The position numbers and the translations under genes were made by a program. From positions 50,592,001 to 50,656,000 of the forward strand of contig OX597820.1 of the NCBI GenBank assembly GCA_951406725.2: a stretch of DNA of 64,000 bases, in the 5' to 3' direction. Of the stretch, positions 25,870-40,278 are shown in pieces (position 1 is the stretch's first letter; every line of letters starts with the position of its first letter). Under the pieces are notes generated by a model. The model was not told where the DNA came from, made no database searches, and was given only the letters and a program-made list of their open reading frames with translations. This stretch comes from Octopus vulgaris (Eukaryota).

Positions 25870-28400
25870 GATGCATATACAACATGGCATCAACAACATT
25901 CGTAATGAAAGCATCTAGGGAGAGAGACGTTCCTTCCATCAGCCCCACCCCTACAGTTTTCTGTATATAAAGCTGAGAAGACCGACGAGAGTAGTGGCCA
26001 CGGCCTCAACAGGCTCAATAAATACAACAGAAGAAACCACAATAACCTAAATCTCGTCAGAGTAGTACAAGCTTGCAGTATCGCAGGAAAAATCAGCGGC
26101 AGCCATATGAACCTCCCCGCCACCTCCATCACCAGTAGAAGCGCGACCTTAAGTATGCGGAGAAATAACGGTGAGGTACAAACAGCATCAATAAGGGCAA
26201 CACTACCACCACAAGCGGAAACAGCAAATCTACCACAACCACCACCCCTGCCACCACAAAACGCATTGACGAGAAAAGAAGTTACACACTGAGCAACATA
26301 AACAACGCACAAGAAAACATGAAGAGAGAAAACAACGACAACTCAAAAATGGTTATCGTACGGGGCTAGCACAAAGAAAAAATAACACGTCTGTTTGCCC
26401 CGGAGAACAAAAGTAGTGAATCGACTGAAGGCGAAATAATTATGAAATTTGAGTTGGAGAAGCCATCAGAAATGGTGCCTCCTGAAATCATGGCAGAACG
26501 AGCAAAAAGAACAGTCCATTACAGTTGTGTTTCACGAAAGAAAAAGCGAGACGAAGCCACCACAATCATTCAATTGAAGAAGGCTCTAAATAGCACTATG
26601 GAAGATATGGCCGGCACGCAAAGAGCAAGACAGTTTGCCAGTATCGAGATCCTCATCAAAAGACCTTGCACGAAAACATTCTATGATACCCTGTTTGACT
26701 GAGGAGTGTATCCTGTAGCCGATGTCCTCTCAAGCAGATATTTCAGGCTGAGGATATCAGGTGTTCTGCCTGGCGTGAAATCTTGTAGATTGTAATCTGC
26801 ATTGTGTTAGGCACCAAAGACACTCCTTGTGAACAAAGAAAACAGCAAAGAGAACCGGTCCGGGATAAATCTAGAAATACTGCTCCAGGGGAATGCTGAG
26901 AATATAGAATAATCCTGGACCTTAAACTGCTACTAAGTGGGGTCGAACTAAGTGTTGTCCTAGAAGGTAAAGGACCTAAATGCGATTTTTGTGGAGCTAT
27001 ATGACACCTTAGAGACTTCTAATCAAAGAAGACAGGAGGCACGAGGCCAGCGCTACTACCTCGTTGTCGTCAGCATTAATAACAGAGACAGCAGGAAAAG
27101 CAAAATTACCACCAGTTGAAACCAGAACAGCAACGCCATGAACTATAACATCAGTTGCAAATGAAATAATCCTCCAGATTCCACTACTATAAACCAGCTT
27201 TGAGAACAACAACCTTAATAACTACATCATCGCAACCACGCCCAAGAGAAACAACGATGACTCTCAACCCAGCTCTCCTTCTCACCCGCTCTCAAACACA
27301 CTCAGAGACATTAAACAGGCACAAACACACTCCCACACTCTCCGACTCAGTTTGGACTGGCACTCGTTCCTCTACATCTCGAAGAATTGGACAAGAATTG
27401 GAAACTCAAAACAACCGAACAACAAAAGAAGACAAGTAAAATACACTAGCCGCACATCACAACGCGCACGCCAGAAAGCACAGTAAAAGCACTCGCAACA
27501 AATTCAGATAAATCTAAAGCAATACCAACCCCACCAGCGTCACTACCAGCACCACCGGTCTTACACTATCACAAGTCCACCTCACACCAAAAGAAAGCTC
27601 AGCAAATGTCGAGCTAGTGACGGGAACCATCGAATAACTGACGGCCCACATCGTACGAAATAATGAAATTGCGGAGCGGGTGTTATTTACAAGACAAATG
27701 CTTTTGAAGTGCCAGAAATTTTAATGTTAGTGCGTGTGGTGGTGCTGTTGAGAGATGACACGATCTAGAGGGATAAAATAAATGATTGTAGCTCAGTAAC
27801 TCTGCCGAACGCAGATTAGGACATTTTGTCCAAAGTGTTAATCAAGAGTTTGGTGCTTGCCGATATGATTGGTTGTGTGCAGACATACGCTATCGAAACG
27901 AATATGTCCACGAGAACCACAACCTCATGCGTTACCCAAAATAGACGGTAGGTAGGGAATCTGATATGGGTAGCTCCCAGATCTTTTTTCATCAATCAAG
28001 CCTTTTGATAGAGTTGACCACTAACATTAGCGGCTTTCTTCGGAGCGGCGGGTTTTCGATCCCGTCTTCAGAGGCTTGATCGCTTCTATGTAGAGGGACA
28101 TCTGTTTGACAGGCAAAGTAAATGGACACCTATCATAATCATTTAGTATCGCACGTTCTGGTCGTCAAGGAAGTCTACTCTTGTGCTTTCTGCACATCCT
28201 GGCTGGCGGAATATTGATACGGGAGTTGGATATTTCGAGGTGCATTCCAACGTGAACTAGGATGCGGAAAGCTCGTGCCGGCTTATGGCAAAGACGTCAC
28301 CGTAATAGTGTCGGAAATCTTGGATATCGGGTTCATTGGGATTACGTTATGGGAGTAAGAAGCGGTGACGGAAGGAATAATAACCAGAAGTCAATTGCCA
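25870..28400 (+). mobile_element. Degenerate L1/Tx1-clade LINE (ORF1 zinc knuckle plus RT)
   Basis: KCDFCGAI*H knuckle (~26978). RT relics VTLPNAD*DILSKVL (~27796), FDRVDH (~28004), VNGHLS..RQG (~28118-28171) and AYGKDVTV (28282, decayed YADD). Confidence 0.75.
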
Positions 28401-29811
28401 ATACAAATCCATCCGTGACAAATTTGTCGTTCAGTCATTCAAATTCGACATAGTAAAGTACCTGTAGATTAACAGCGTTGATGATATCGACTAAACAATG
28501 TCCCTTAATATTTCTGAACTTGTGCCTTGAGGAAGTACAATTAATAAAAGTCGAGGAGCCAGCGTACTAATGTGAGGTTCAGACAAATTGCTACGCGTAA
28601 TTTGTACCGTTAATTATCATTTGGGTTCCATACACACCGAATTATTTAGTCTAAAACACGACGTGTGCGCTTCTCAATTATATTTTCACGTATTGCTTCA
28701 CAATTCCCTCCTTGCTCAGTTCTGTAGGCTTTGATCCATCAGAATAGTTTTCTCGCTCTTTATTTAACATGATATTCTGTAGTCACATATTTTCTTTGCT
28801 TTTGGCTTCTTCGCGATGTCCACTGACATTTCTCGCTTCCCCTTATAACTTTCTGTAATACAGCTATTGTTTTATATTCGTAAGCTTCCTCCAAGAGAGG
28901 AAACAGTATTGCTTAGTTCGCAGTTGTTATTCTGTAGACAATTTCTTACTTCTTCACTAGATACTTTATATATTTTTCTAGTTAAACAAGCTCGGGACAT
29001 CTCTCTAATTTCTATGACACATTTTGCATGATGTTTTATACATACAATCATTTCTTTATTTTCATTTCTGAATCTAATCTTACCACATCATTTAGCATCC
29101 TGTTGAGAACATTATATCAGTAAATTATATCTGGGACAGTCACACTATTGATACTTATTTCTCCATTTTTAGAAGTTAGTTCTATTTATCTTAATCTACT
29201 GCGTTTGTAATATCCTTTCTCAACACTTTTCTTTATTTGTGCGTGATGTGTACAGTCTAGTTCATTGATTCGCAAGTATCTGTACATCTGTGCGTGATCT
29301 GATACGCATATATCCTTATCTAGTGTGAACGATTCTAAACACAGACGAATTTTTCTAACAAAGCTTAGTCATTTTTGTGTTTCTACTTGCTTGTCATCTG
29401 TACCATAAGAGCATCAATACACAAATAAATGCTGGTTGTCTGCCTGTCGAATTTGCAGGAAGTACCATTTACTTTAACCTATACGTTAAATATTTTATGA
29501 GATGAGAGGAAGAAGAGTAGTGACAAAATGCCACTGGCGTATTTGCCTGTCACTTTTTTTTTAAACGTCGTATTATTTTCTGCTGGCATCCTTTCTATCT
29601 AAACATGACGTACACTGATTCATTGTTTGATTCCAAAATCAGGTGAACAATGTCAAATTACATTCTGTACTTAATCAAGACGACGTTAGGTACTTCCAAG
29701 CACTCATCGACTACATCATAATAAAACTGATGTTGATGTTAAGTATAGAGAAGGTTTTTTTATCCTCCATTACAATGAAACATAAATTATATTGACAAAA
29801 TTATTGTGGAA

Positions 29812-30185
29812 CTTCTTCTTCTATCCGCTCAGTCGAAGTCGACTCTCGGTTACTCGTTGGATCAGTGTCCTCCAGTCAGTTCTATCCTGGGCTGCTTCTT
29901 TCAGATTGGCTATGTCCATTCCGGTATCACTCTTCAAGGTGTCAAGCCAGCGGGTACTTCGTCGGCCTCTTCCTCTCTTGCCACTGACTATTCCGAGCAT
30001 GATGTCCTTCTCCAGGGATTTTCTCCGCATATGCCAATCTATGCTTGGTGATCCTAGCTTCTAGCGACATTTTCGGCCTGATCTGCTTAAGAACCTTTCC
30101 ATTGGTGAGCCTCGCTGTCCATGGAATCTGTAGAAGTCTTCTCCAACACCAAAGCTCGAATGCATTAATTCTCTTCTGGAATCGT
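29812..30185 (-). mobile_element. RTE-clade LINE (BovB/RTE-1-like) 3' fragment with (AAG)n tail
   Basis: INAFELWCWRRLLQIPWTAR..SLEARI and SLEKDIMLGIVSGKRGRGRRSTRWLD..DWR..RVTESRLRL*. Confidence 0.9.
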
Positions 30186-30559
30186 TTTGATTGGTACTCT
30201 GGGACAGTTGTAGAACGATTAATATTTAATATACTGATGAAAGGTGGTATCAAGAAAACGATGAAGGTATTTGCCTAATGCGTGCTACAATAATCTGTTA
30301 TTAAATATAGACACTCCCAAATATCTTATGTGGCATCCGACTCATTTAGGAATTATTTCTACATTCTATTTTTCTGTAAAGTGAGTAGATTATTAGTGCC
30401 TATTGATTACAGCAAGTTACTGTTAATATGATTTCATTTATATGTTCCATGCAAAGCACCCACTTGTTTCTTGTATTCTAAAAAACTGTCCCCTGTGTAA
30501 TTTGAGTCTATACTATCTCCGACATATTGATTATAAATGACTGTGTTATTGTTTATGCT

Positions 30560-30761
<202 letters not shown>

Positions 30762-32481
30762 TTCAGTAGTTTTATTTTTATAGCGTGCTTTCACTTCACT
30801 ACCGAGCGCAGCTCTGTGTGCCTTGGGTATGTGCTGTAATTTGTTGTGATGCTCTGATGGTTATTGTATGGAAAGTGTTCTGCGTAGGATGTGTGCAGTG
30901 CCTAGTAGTGCAATTTTCTGTATGTTATATGTGTTTGTAAGTCCTGGTGTTTTTGTTATGTATTTGTCTGAATATTTTTTTATCATGCCTAATGCACCTA
31001 CTATGATAGGAATTGTTTCTGTTTTCAGGTTCCACATTCTAGTTACCTCTATTTCCAGGTCTTTGTATTTTGAGAGTTTCTCCATTTCTTTTAGAGACAC
31101 GTTGTCATCTGCCGGTATTGATACATCAATTAGAAAGCATTTTTTTTCTTCATGATCTCTGACAACTATATCTGGTCTGTTGGCCTTAATTTCTCTATCT
31201 GTGTGTATCGGCATATCCCAGAGTATGGTTGCTTTCTCGTTTTCTGTGACCTTTTCTGGTGTGTGCCTATACCATCTTTTTTTCTGTTGTTATTCCATAA
31301 TGTTGGCATAGCTTCCAATGTATGTAGGTTCCAACTCTGTCATGTCTGTGAATATATTCCTTCTTAGCCAGGACTGGGAAGCTAGAGATAATATGATTTA
31401 TTGTTTCTTGTCCATCTCCACATATTCTGCAGTTACTTGTAATATTTCTTTTCATTACATGTTGTTGGTAATTTCTGGTGGGGAGGCTTTGGTCTTGTGC
31501 TGCAATTAAAAATCCCTCTGTTTCTGCTTTGAGTCCTGAGCTTCTCAACCATTGCTGGGATTTTTCTTTGTCTATTTCTTTTGCGTTTAGTTTAGTGCAG
31601 TATTTACCATGAAGGGGCTTTTCTTGCCATCGTTTTATCATGGCTCGTTGCTGTTCTATTTTTAGTTTGGATTTCATTTGTTTTATAGCTTTTGTTGTTT
31701 CTTCATCATCTTCTTCTTCTTCTTTGTGTTTATTAGGTGGTATGATTTCTTGTTTGTATTTGTCAGCTTCCTTAAATACTGAGAACAGTTTTTTGTTTTG
31801 CTCGTGTTTTGCTGCTATCTGGATCAGTTTTCCCTCCTTCTGAAGAAGGTATTTTTGCAGTCCTATGGTAGTTATTTTATAGTAGTTTTCCAGCTGTATA
31901 AGGCCTCTACCACCTTCTATACGTTGTATATATAGTCTTTTTATGTCAGATTTGGGTGATGCATCCTAGATCCTGTCAGTATTTTTCTTGTTTTCCTATC
32001 TATTTTGGACAGTTCATTTCGTGTCCAGTTAAGGATATTGTAGCTGTAACTTATAACTGGGACAGCTAAAGTGTTGATACCTATTATCTTGTTTTTAGCA
32101 TTGAGCTTTGTTTTTAGTATTGATCTAACTCGTCTATAATATTCTTTTTTTATTTTCTCTTTCATTTGTGTGTGTTGTGTCTTATCTAGTTCATGGATTC
32201 CTAAGTATTTGTAAGTTTGGCTTTGGTCTAATTCTTTTATTTCATTGGTTTTATCTAGTGTGATGTTGTTACTCTTAACTAGTTTTCCTCTTTTCATGGT
32301 TACTTTGGCGCATTTTTCTAATGCAAATTTCATATTTATTACTTTGGTAAATCCATGAACTGTCTTTAATAGTGTTTCCAGTTGTTTGTCATTTGCAGCG
32401 TATAGTTTTATGTCATCCATATATAAAAGGTGGCTGATCGTTTTGCCGTAACATTTATATCCGCATCCAGTTCTATTGAGC
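30762..32481 (-). mobile_element. R4/Dong-like RLE LINE family 1, 5'-truncated (1.7 kb)
   Basis: LLYMDDIKLY, CRICGDGQETINHIISS, RHDRVG and NRPDIVV..LIDVSIP..EKLSKYKDL. Highly similar to 55009-56702. Confidence 0.93.
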
Positions 32482-35180
32482 TCTGGGTAGCTAAAGACGA
32501 TCTGCATTTGCCTTTGCGTTATGCGTCTTGTTGCAAGTCTGCAGCTTACGGATTTTCCTGTCAATCTTCCTTATTTCGCTGATATTACAGTTCAACACAT
32601 TGAAACTGTTAATTACAACCGGAACTGTTAAGGAATTTATAGCTAACACCATGTTACGTGCATTTAACTCGGAGTGTAGGACTGCTCGAATACGCCTTCC
32701 ACATGTTCTCTTTCATGCTTGCATGCTGAATGCCAGAGCCCTCCTTTATTCGAGGTATTTGTAAAATTTGTTCTTATTCGAGTTATTTTATGTCTGTGAC
32801 AACATTGAGCGCAACTAAATGCTTGGTTCTCAATTTCCTTTTCCGGAAATTTGCCTTAACACATTTATGAAGACCAAATTCCATCTCGTTGGATCACTGA
32901 ACGCTTTCGCAGTACGTGGTAATCATTCAAGCTCATTATCGACTTAGCAATAGTTTTAAATAATCCATATAAAAGACATAACTTATTATCTTCTCGCCAA
33001 TTTTATATCAATAATCTTTTTTGTTAAATTCACTTGTAAGGAGCATTAGGGCTATGCAGAAAACTTAAAGTGAAATTGAGTCACCTTGGAAAATGCATCA
33101 GTTAATATTAATATTGTTTGTGGCCAGTACTCCATTAGAGTGGTATCACTTGAGATTCGTATTCCACATTGACATGCTGTGCTTCAGAGAGTTTGAAATC
33201 ACAGAAGAAAGTTTGAAGGTATCCAGCGATTTCAAGTTTCATGAATGCGGTATGCTGAACTGAGATTTCTGCGTTTGTCATGACAGTTTTCAAGGAACAT
33301 GTTGCAGTGTTTCTTTTGCCGGCAGAAGTTCTTGTCATTGTCAGCATCTGTTTTCTCTTCATCTCTCTTCCTTTTTTAGTTTTTACGTCCTTTCTACATA
33401 TTACTTCATTCAATATTGATATTTCACCTCCCTTTATTTCAATCCCTTTTCAATTTTACTTATTAAGTTTGAAAGTCTTCTCTGGTTTGTATTTCTTTAT
33501 TTTTTCAGAGGCATACAACTGGTTTCAATTTCTTAGTAGCTGCGTAAATCATTTCCGTTAATTTAGTGAGATCTGGTTTTACTTCTTGTATAACTGCCTT
33601 TGTTACATAATTTCCAACTTTAATTTGTTTTCTATTTTGTATTGGATGTGAGAGCTTATGACGTGGATCTCTATGATGCATATTGGCGTCTTCGGTGTGT
33701 TTCTCTGTAGATAGCCTGACGAATGCATATTAACAGGCATATATTACTTTCGTATACTCTTGTAGGGTCAATTTGATCCTCTTACATTGTTCTTTCTGTA
33801 TAGAGTTTGGTGGTGGACTTTGAGGGCTTGAGTTGGGGCAATTCTAGTTCAAGTAACCGTCCAGGTTCATATTCAGAGAAGAGATTGTGCCAGTGGATGA
33901 CTTTTCAACGCCAGGACGGTTCTCTCCTGGGGATCACAGCTGCAGTTTAACCATAGATCGAGCGATTTGGTGTACTGTTTTAGTTTTCCTATCTTTGTTT
34001 CGTTAAACATATTTGTACTACATTAAAATTATTGATATTGAGACCTGTATTGTGGAAGATATAGAGATGGTTGTTGTCTCCACCCGTATTGACGACTCCG
34101 CCATTTATACCGTACCAGTTATTTTAACTTTGCTACAACATCATTGCTCATCGTTAATTACCTCCTATAGTACCTTCATCGATCTGTATCGTTGTTGCTA
34201 ACCTTTGTAGCCATGGTGACAGTATAACCGTTATTCATTTAAATCTGCCATTTTTGCTCCTACTACTGTGTGGTATTAACAAATGATGTTTACTTTCGGG
34301 TTTTGTCTTGTGCTTCATATAATCTTAAATATGTGAGGGTTGACGGGAATAGTAGGAGAAAGAGAGGCATTTTGGTGAATAGACCAATTTCCACAAATAT
34401 GTAAATCGTTTAGTCAGATGGTGAGAACGAGATCAACAATGGGCTTTCTCATTCCTGTGCAATCAGGAGACAAAAAAAGCCTCACACTCTTGCTGTTAGC
34501 AGCGATGAAATCTGTTTAATACTAGTAGCGATTAATGAGAGCGCTGACCTTGGCCTTTGGAAGAAGCGACTCACCTCGTTCTGCTTTTAATTACTGATAG
34601 AAAAAAATATTGTTGAATTTTTGAATTTCTGAATTTAAAAAATTATTTTTTTGTCTTTTTCTTTTCATTTTATAGGTTCTTATCTGTACAGTTTGTATAT
34701 ATTTGCAGGTGATATCCTCCTTAATTTTTATCCTGCATTTAATTATGTTGTTGCAATAAAATGCATTTTTAGGTATTCGAGCGGTTAGGGAGAAAAGAAA
34801 AGGCATCTTTTCTGCTTGGCTGCCAGTGTCATTTTTCTGTTCGAATTGATTTCATATTCAGTGTAGTGATATACTTTTATAGGCTAATCAATGATGTGGG
34901 AGTAATTTTCGCTATAAGTCAATAATTGAACTGTTATTAGTAATTAATATTTGAAAATTTTTGTAATTTTAGCCAATCGGAAGTGACAGGCACATACATG
35001 GTTGCTTCGATTGTAAGAAGCGGAATATAAGAACCATTTTGCCTGTTGCCATAGTAACAGTCTTTGAAAAGTCTTTTATCTTCGAGGAAGTACTTGTTGA
35101 CAGCATCTCTTTGAAAATACTTTTATTTGTGAGAAAGCTTGTGTTGACAAATTTAACGCTGTGTTCTGTGTTCTTTGTGA

Positions 35181-35360
35181 TTATGGCAGCAAGCTCCAGT
35201 AACATCGCTTCTATAATGGAAAAATTGAAAACAGAAAGAAATGGGTAGGATTCCCTTCACGAAAAGGGAGTTATACCCAACAGAAAATTATGTAAAAACG
35301 GGCATGTTATGTGTACGAAAAGACGTTGTGGGAACTGGCGAATTCTCGCTGGTTAAATGC
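35181..35360 (+). mobile_element. Possible Merlin/IS1595-like transposase N-terminal relic
   Basis: MAASSSNIASIMEKLKTERNG*DSLHEKGVIPNRKLCKNGHVM resembles the LxxxGxI..CxxGHxM zinc-ribbon start. No DDE core is visible. Confidence 0.3.
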
Positions 35361-35593
35361 TTGCTTTTAAAGCATATCTAAATTGTAATGTGTTTATCGC
35401 ATGTATTTGGGGGTAAATTTAAAATACTCACAGGAAATTGTAGACATTCCAAATTTTGAGAGTTATACTTCAGATATCCTCCTGGGTTGTATCATCGTTT
35501 CTTTGTCATCAGCTGCTGACTGGTCAGAGCAGCGAAGATTACGTCCAGCTGCTGTAAAGGTTGGCGCGCTTCCTTATTCACCTGCTCCTACCC

Positions 35594-35635
35594 TTTGTTG
35601 TTGTTGCTCTTCTTCTTCTTTTTCTTCTTCTTCTT

Positions 35636-35666
<31 letters not shown>

Positions 35667-35735
35667 TTCTTATTCTTCTTCTTCTTCTTATTATTATTAT
35701 TATTATTATTATTATCATCATTATCATCATCATCA

Positions 35736-35801
<66 letters not shown>
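35594..35801. repeat. Compound (TCT)n/(TAT)n/(CAT)n microsatellite
   Basis: Directly visible. Confidence 0.95.
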
Positions 35802-35806
<5 letters not shown>

Positions 35807-36189
35807 TAGTATATTTTTTATATCGTGCTTTCACTTCACTACCGAGAGCAGCTCTGTGTGCCTTGGGTATGTGCTGTGATTTGTTGTGATGTTCTGATGG
35901 TTATTGTAAGGAAAGTGTTCTGCGTAGGATGTGTGCAGTGCCTAGTAGTGCAATTTTCTGTATGTTATATGTGTTTGTAAGTCTGAATATTTTTTATAAT
36001 GCCTAATGCACCTATTATGATAGGAATTGTTTCTGTTTTTAGATTCCACATTCTGGTTACCTCTATTTCCAGATCTTTGTATTTTGAAAGTTTCTCCATT
36101 TCTTTTAGAGACACGTTGTCATCCGCTGGAATTGATACATCAATTAGAAAACATTTTTTTTTCTTCATAATCTCTGACAACTATATCTG
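35802..36189 (-). mobile_element. RLE LINE family 1, 3' fragment
   Basis: CFLIDVSIPADDNVSLKEMEKLSKYKDL plus the same 3' UTR as the 30762 and 56702 copies. Small internal deletion at a gtc microhomology (~35981). Confidence 0.92.
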
Positions 36190-36191
36190 AT

Positions 36192-36525
36192 AAGGTCCCT
36201 GAATAAGGGTTGTTTAAGGATGTTGAACGAAACACCCATGTTTCCAGAAGTGAAGTATTTAAACCCCAAAGAATCCCTCTCAACACATGGCAATGATGCT
36301 ACCCCACTACGTCTGCTCGTGATCAGAGATTCACATATCGTCAGCTACTAAGTGACGTGCCCAACTGGTTAAGGTCAAACAACTGACATGCAAATCTGTG
36401 TTATTGAGCAGAATAGTTTCTGTAGCCCATCTTTTATGCCAAGACAAAACAATGTACATGATAACACTTCCAATCAGTTACGATCAGAAGCCACAATAGC
36501 CACTACCTCTTATTGCACCAGGGCA
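36192..36525 (-). mobile_element. Family D element, 5' portion, fused directly to the LINE fragment
   Basis: Reverse complement matches 40278-~40612. Preceded on the minus strand by a (TAA)n/(TAC)n tract at 36526-36720. Confidence 0.85.
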
Positions 36526-36553
36526 ATTATTGTTATTATTATTATTAATATTA

Positions 36554-36586
<33 letters not shown>

Positions 36587-36603
36587 GTAGTAGTAGTAGT
36601 ATT

Positions 36604-36720
<117 letters not shown>

Positions 36721-39464
36721 TGTAATTAGTTCAAAATGATAAGAATAAACAGAGGACAAATTAATATATATGGAGGCGGCAAAAATATCCGATTTAAATA
36801 ATCATTTAGTTTTACTCGAATACTTTTTCTTCTGATATGAATCGAAACGAAACAATAGGTTGTAATTATAGTTATAAATTCTGAAGTTGAATGATAATTA
36901 CTATACAAATCACTTGACTTATCCTATGAAGATTTTTGCTTCCTTTTATATCTAGCAATCACTCAAGGATTAAACTCACTTAGGGATTAAACTGTTTAAA
37001 CTGATTTATGTCGGAAATATCGAAGCCTTAAGTCCTTAACTGCAGTTCATTGTATTCGTTTACACTGTTTTTTAAAACTTGTTTTTCTCTTACGCGTTTT
37101 TATTTTCTATCTCTGAAAAATTAGATCTTAGTCAAATAAACCTTTTCAATTTGCGGGTGATTAGTGGAAAAACGAATGAAAAATGATACAGAAAAATCGA
37201 AGCATTATAGGAAATCGAAATACAGAGCATATTACGTTGCAGGGTGTGAGGAAAGATGAGAATAAATAATAAAACACTATAGTGAGAATAAATGTGGAGT
37301 TTTATATAAACATTAATTAATATAGTTTCAAAGACATATTTCTTTCCACTGATCAGTTGTCCATGAATGTTTTCCCTCTGATTCATTTGGAACCACTATA
37401 AATCTGGTACAATTGTTTTACAAACGTTTTTTAATAGAAAAAAAAAAAAAAAAGAAACGAAAAGCAGCAAGATCAACAGCCGGTGAAATTTTTAAATTGC
37501 ATTTTAGAAGTATCGAAAGAATAGCACCATTTATTTTTCGAGAGAAACGCAAGGCGAATTTACAACTCGAAACATAAAGCCAGAGAAAAATTTCTCTTGC
37601 GTTATCTTCCCCTCTTGTCATTTTAAATCTATGGCATTAATCTTCTCATTTTCTATTGCTTTCTATTTTGTCTTAATTTAGAATTTTATCGCTTATTTCT
37701 GAAACAAATTTTTACCCACTTATCTCTACGGCTCAGAAACTCGTGCAGTTTCTGAACCATCTTTAAAAGTTAGAAGGAAAGCCAAGATTGATGAATGGTT
37801 TTAATTTCAGCTCTGTTGTGAGAAGAAGTAAAATTATGGGTCATGAAGCGAAAATAACAGAGTGTTTAAGCTATAATAATGACCCTATGTAGCAGACTGC
37901 TGAATGATAATTCAATAAAAAAGCAAGATTTAATAATTTGCCCACGACGATTGATATCAATGCTTCATTCTTCTTTAAAGTACTTCACTAACGTATGTTC
38001 ATTTGATCGTTTATCCTATCTGTATGTAAAGATTTGTTATCTTACCACATTCCTGAATTAAAACTTGTGTTACATTTCTGTTCAAAGCTTAAACGAAAGT
38101 TGTGTTGAATCTAAAATAGGAGACTATATCACACTGTTTGTCTCTAATCTATATAGGGGAACTAACTAAACACAAAGGTTCAGTGTCAACCATATTTAAA
38201 ACTGCATCCAATTGCTCACAAGGAAAATACTTCGCTATTGAAACCGAATGCAGAGTATCTTCGGGATAGATTTTAGGCATGTTTAAAACTAAAGATTACA
38301 TTGATTTTCGCAATCAAATCTTGTATAATATGATATGCCTGTAAAAAGGCAGGACAGGAAGTCAATGAATCGTAATGTATTTAATCATAGACTGATACTT
38401 CGCACCTCACAAAAATAAGTTACAACAAACTAATTATTTGTGATATTAACCAACCTTTTGATTATTTTTATAGTTTCGTCAGTATAATATATATTCGAAT
38501 GTAAAGAACGTAAGAGATAAGTATAAACTTCAACTTCTTTTGGATTCTTCATTTACGCTTGTTTAGAAAATTTCAAATATCCACAAATCCAATGTTTGTA
38601 AATTCACTAATAATACCGGCTAAATTAAATCGGAGTAATTAATTTGTGTATACTAACTGCAATACTGAACATTATATTAGTGGCGTTTTAAGAGTTTTGT
38701 TTCGTATATATACTGTAATATAGGATATATTTATATAGGATGTTCAACCAGCACTATAACTTGAAACGCTACTACAGACAATTCTTCTGTATAATAAGTT
38801 TGAGTATATAAGATGGGGACATATATATATACGTGTATTGCAACTCTTTTTGAAGTCTTTATCAACAGCTGTGTATCAACTTCAAACACTCTACAAAAGA
38901 GTGCTTAAACACAAACCAATATTATACAAGCTGGTGATAACCTTGTTACGCGTTAACTAAAAATTACACCGAATATAGCGCAGTGTTCATAATATCCAAA
39001 TTTCTGCCCCAATATAGAGAAGGGTACTGATTTATATTTCAAAATATTGTACATATCGTAAATAATATTTAAGAGAAAAATACTTGATTTAATTTTTTAA
39101 TGCTCTATATGTTATATTAAATGTTCCCACTTAACAAAACATGAAAAGAATATTAAAATAATGATTTGATCAAATTGTAATTAGTTCAAAATGTAATTTA
39201 ACTAAAATTAGTTTTACATTTTCAATTTCAACATTTCTAGAACATTTAAGACATTTTACATGTAATATCAATCGAATCGACTCATAATTTTTAGCATTTA
39301 TTTTTCTTCTCCAAATAGAAATAACACAGATTTGAAATCTTTCATTCGGCATTTTATAATGAAATAATTTTGATGAAGTTTTACTTTGTTTTTATTTTTT
39401 TCGCCGTGTCATATAGAAAATTAAATTCTGAATATTCGATTAACTCTAAATTGACACTCATATG

Positions 39465-40060
<596 letters not shown>

Positions 40061-40220
40061 GAGAAATACTATTAATTCAGAATTTGATGATGGACTATGT
40101 TAATGTATTGATGTTCTTGACTATTACAATGACAATAATAACAATTCGGATAATAATAATAATGATAATATTAATAATAATGATAATAATAGCAACAACA
40201 ACAACAACAACAGCAACAAC

Positions 40221-40277
<57 letters not shown>

Positions 40278-40278
<1 letters not shown>

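Noticed and set aside
35486-35530. Minus-strand CTGATGA-caaa-GAAAC hammerhead-like core
   Set aside because: No helix I, II or III pairing could be drawn around it.
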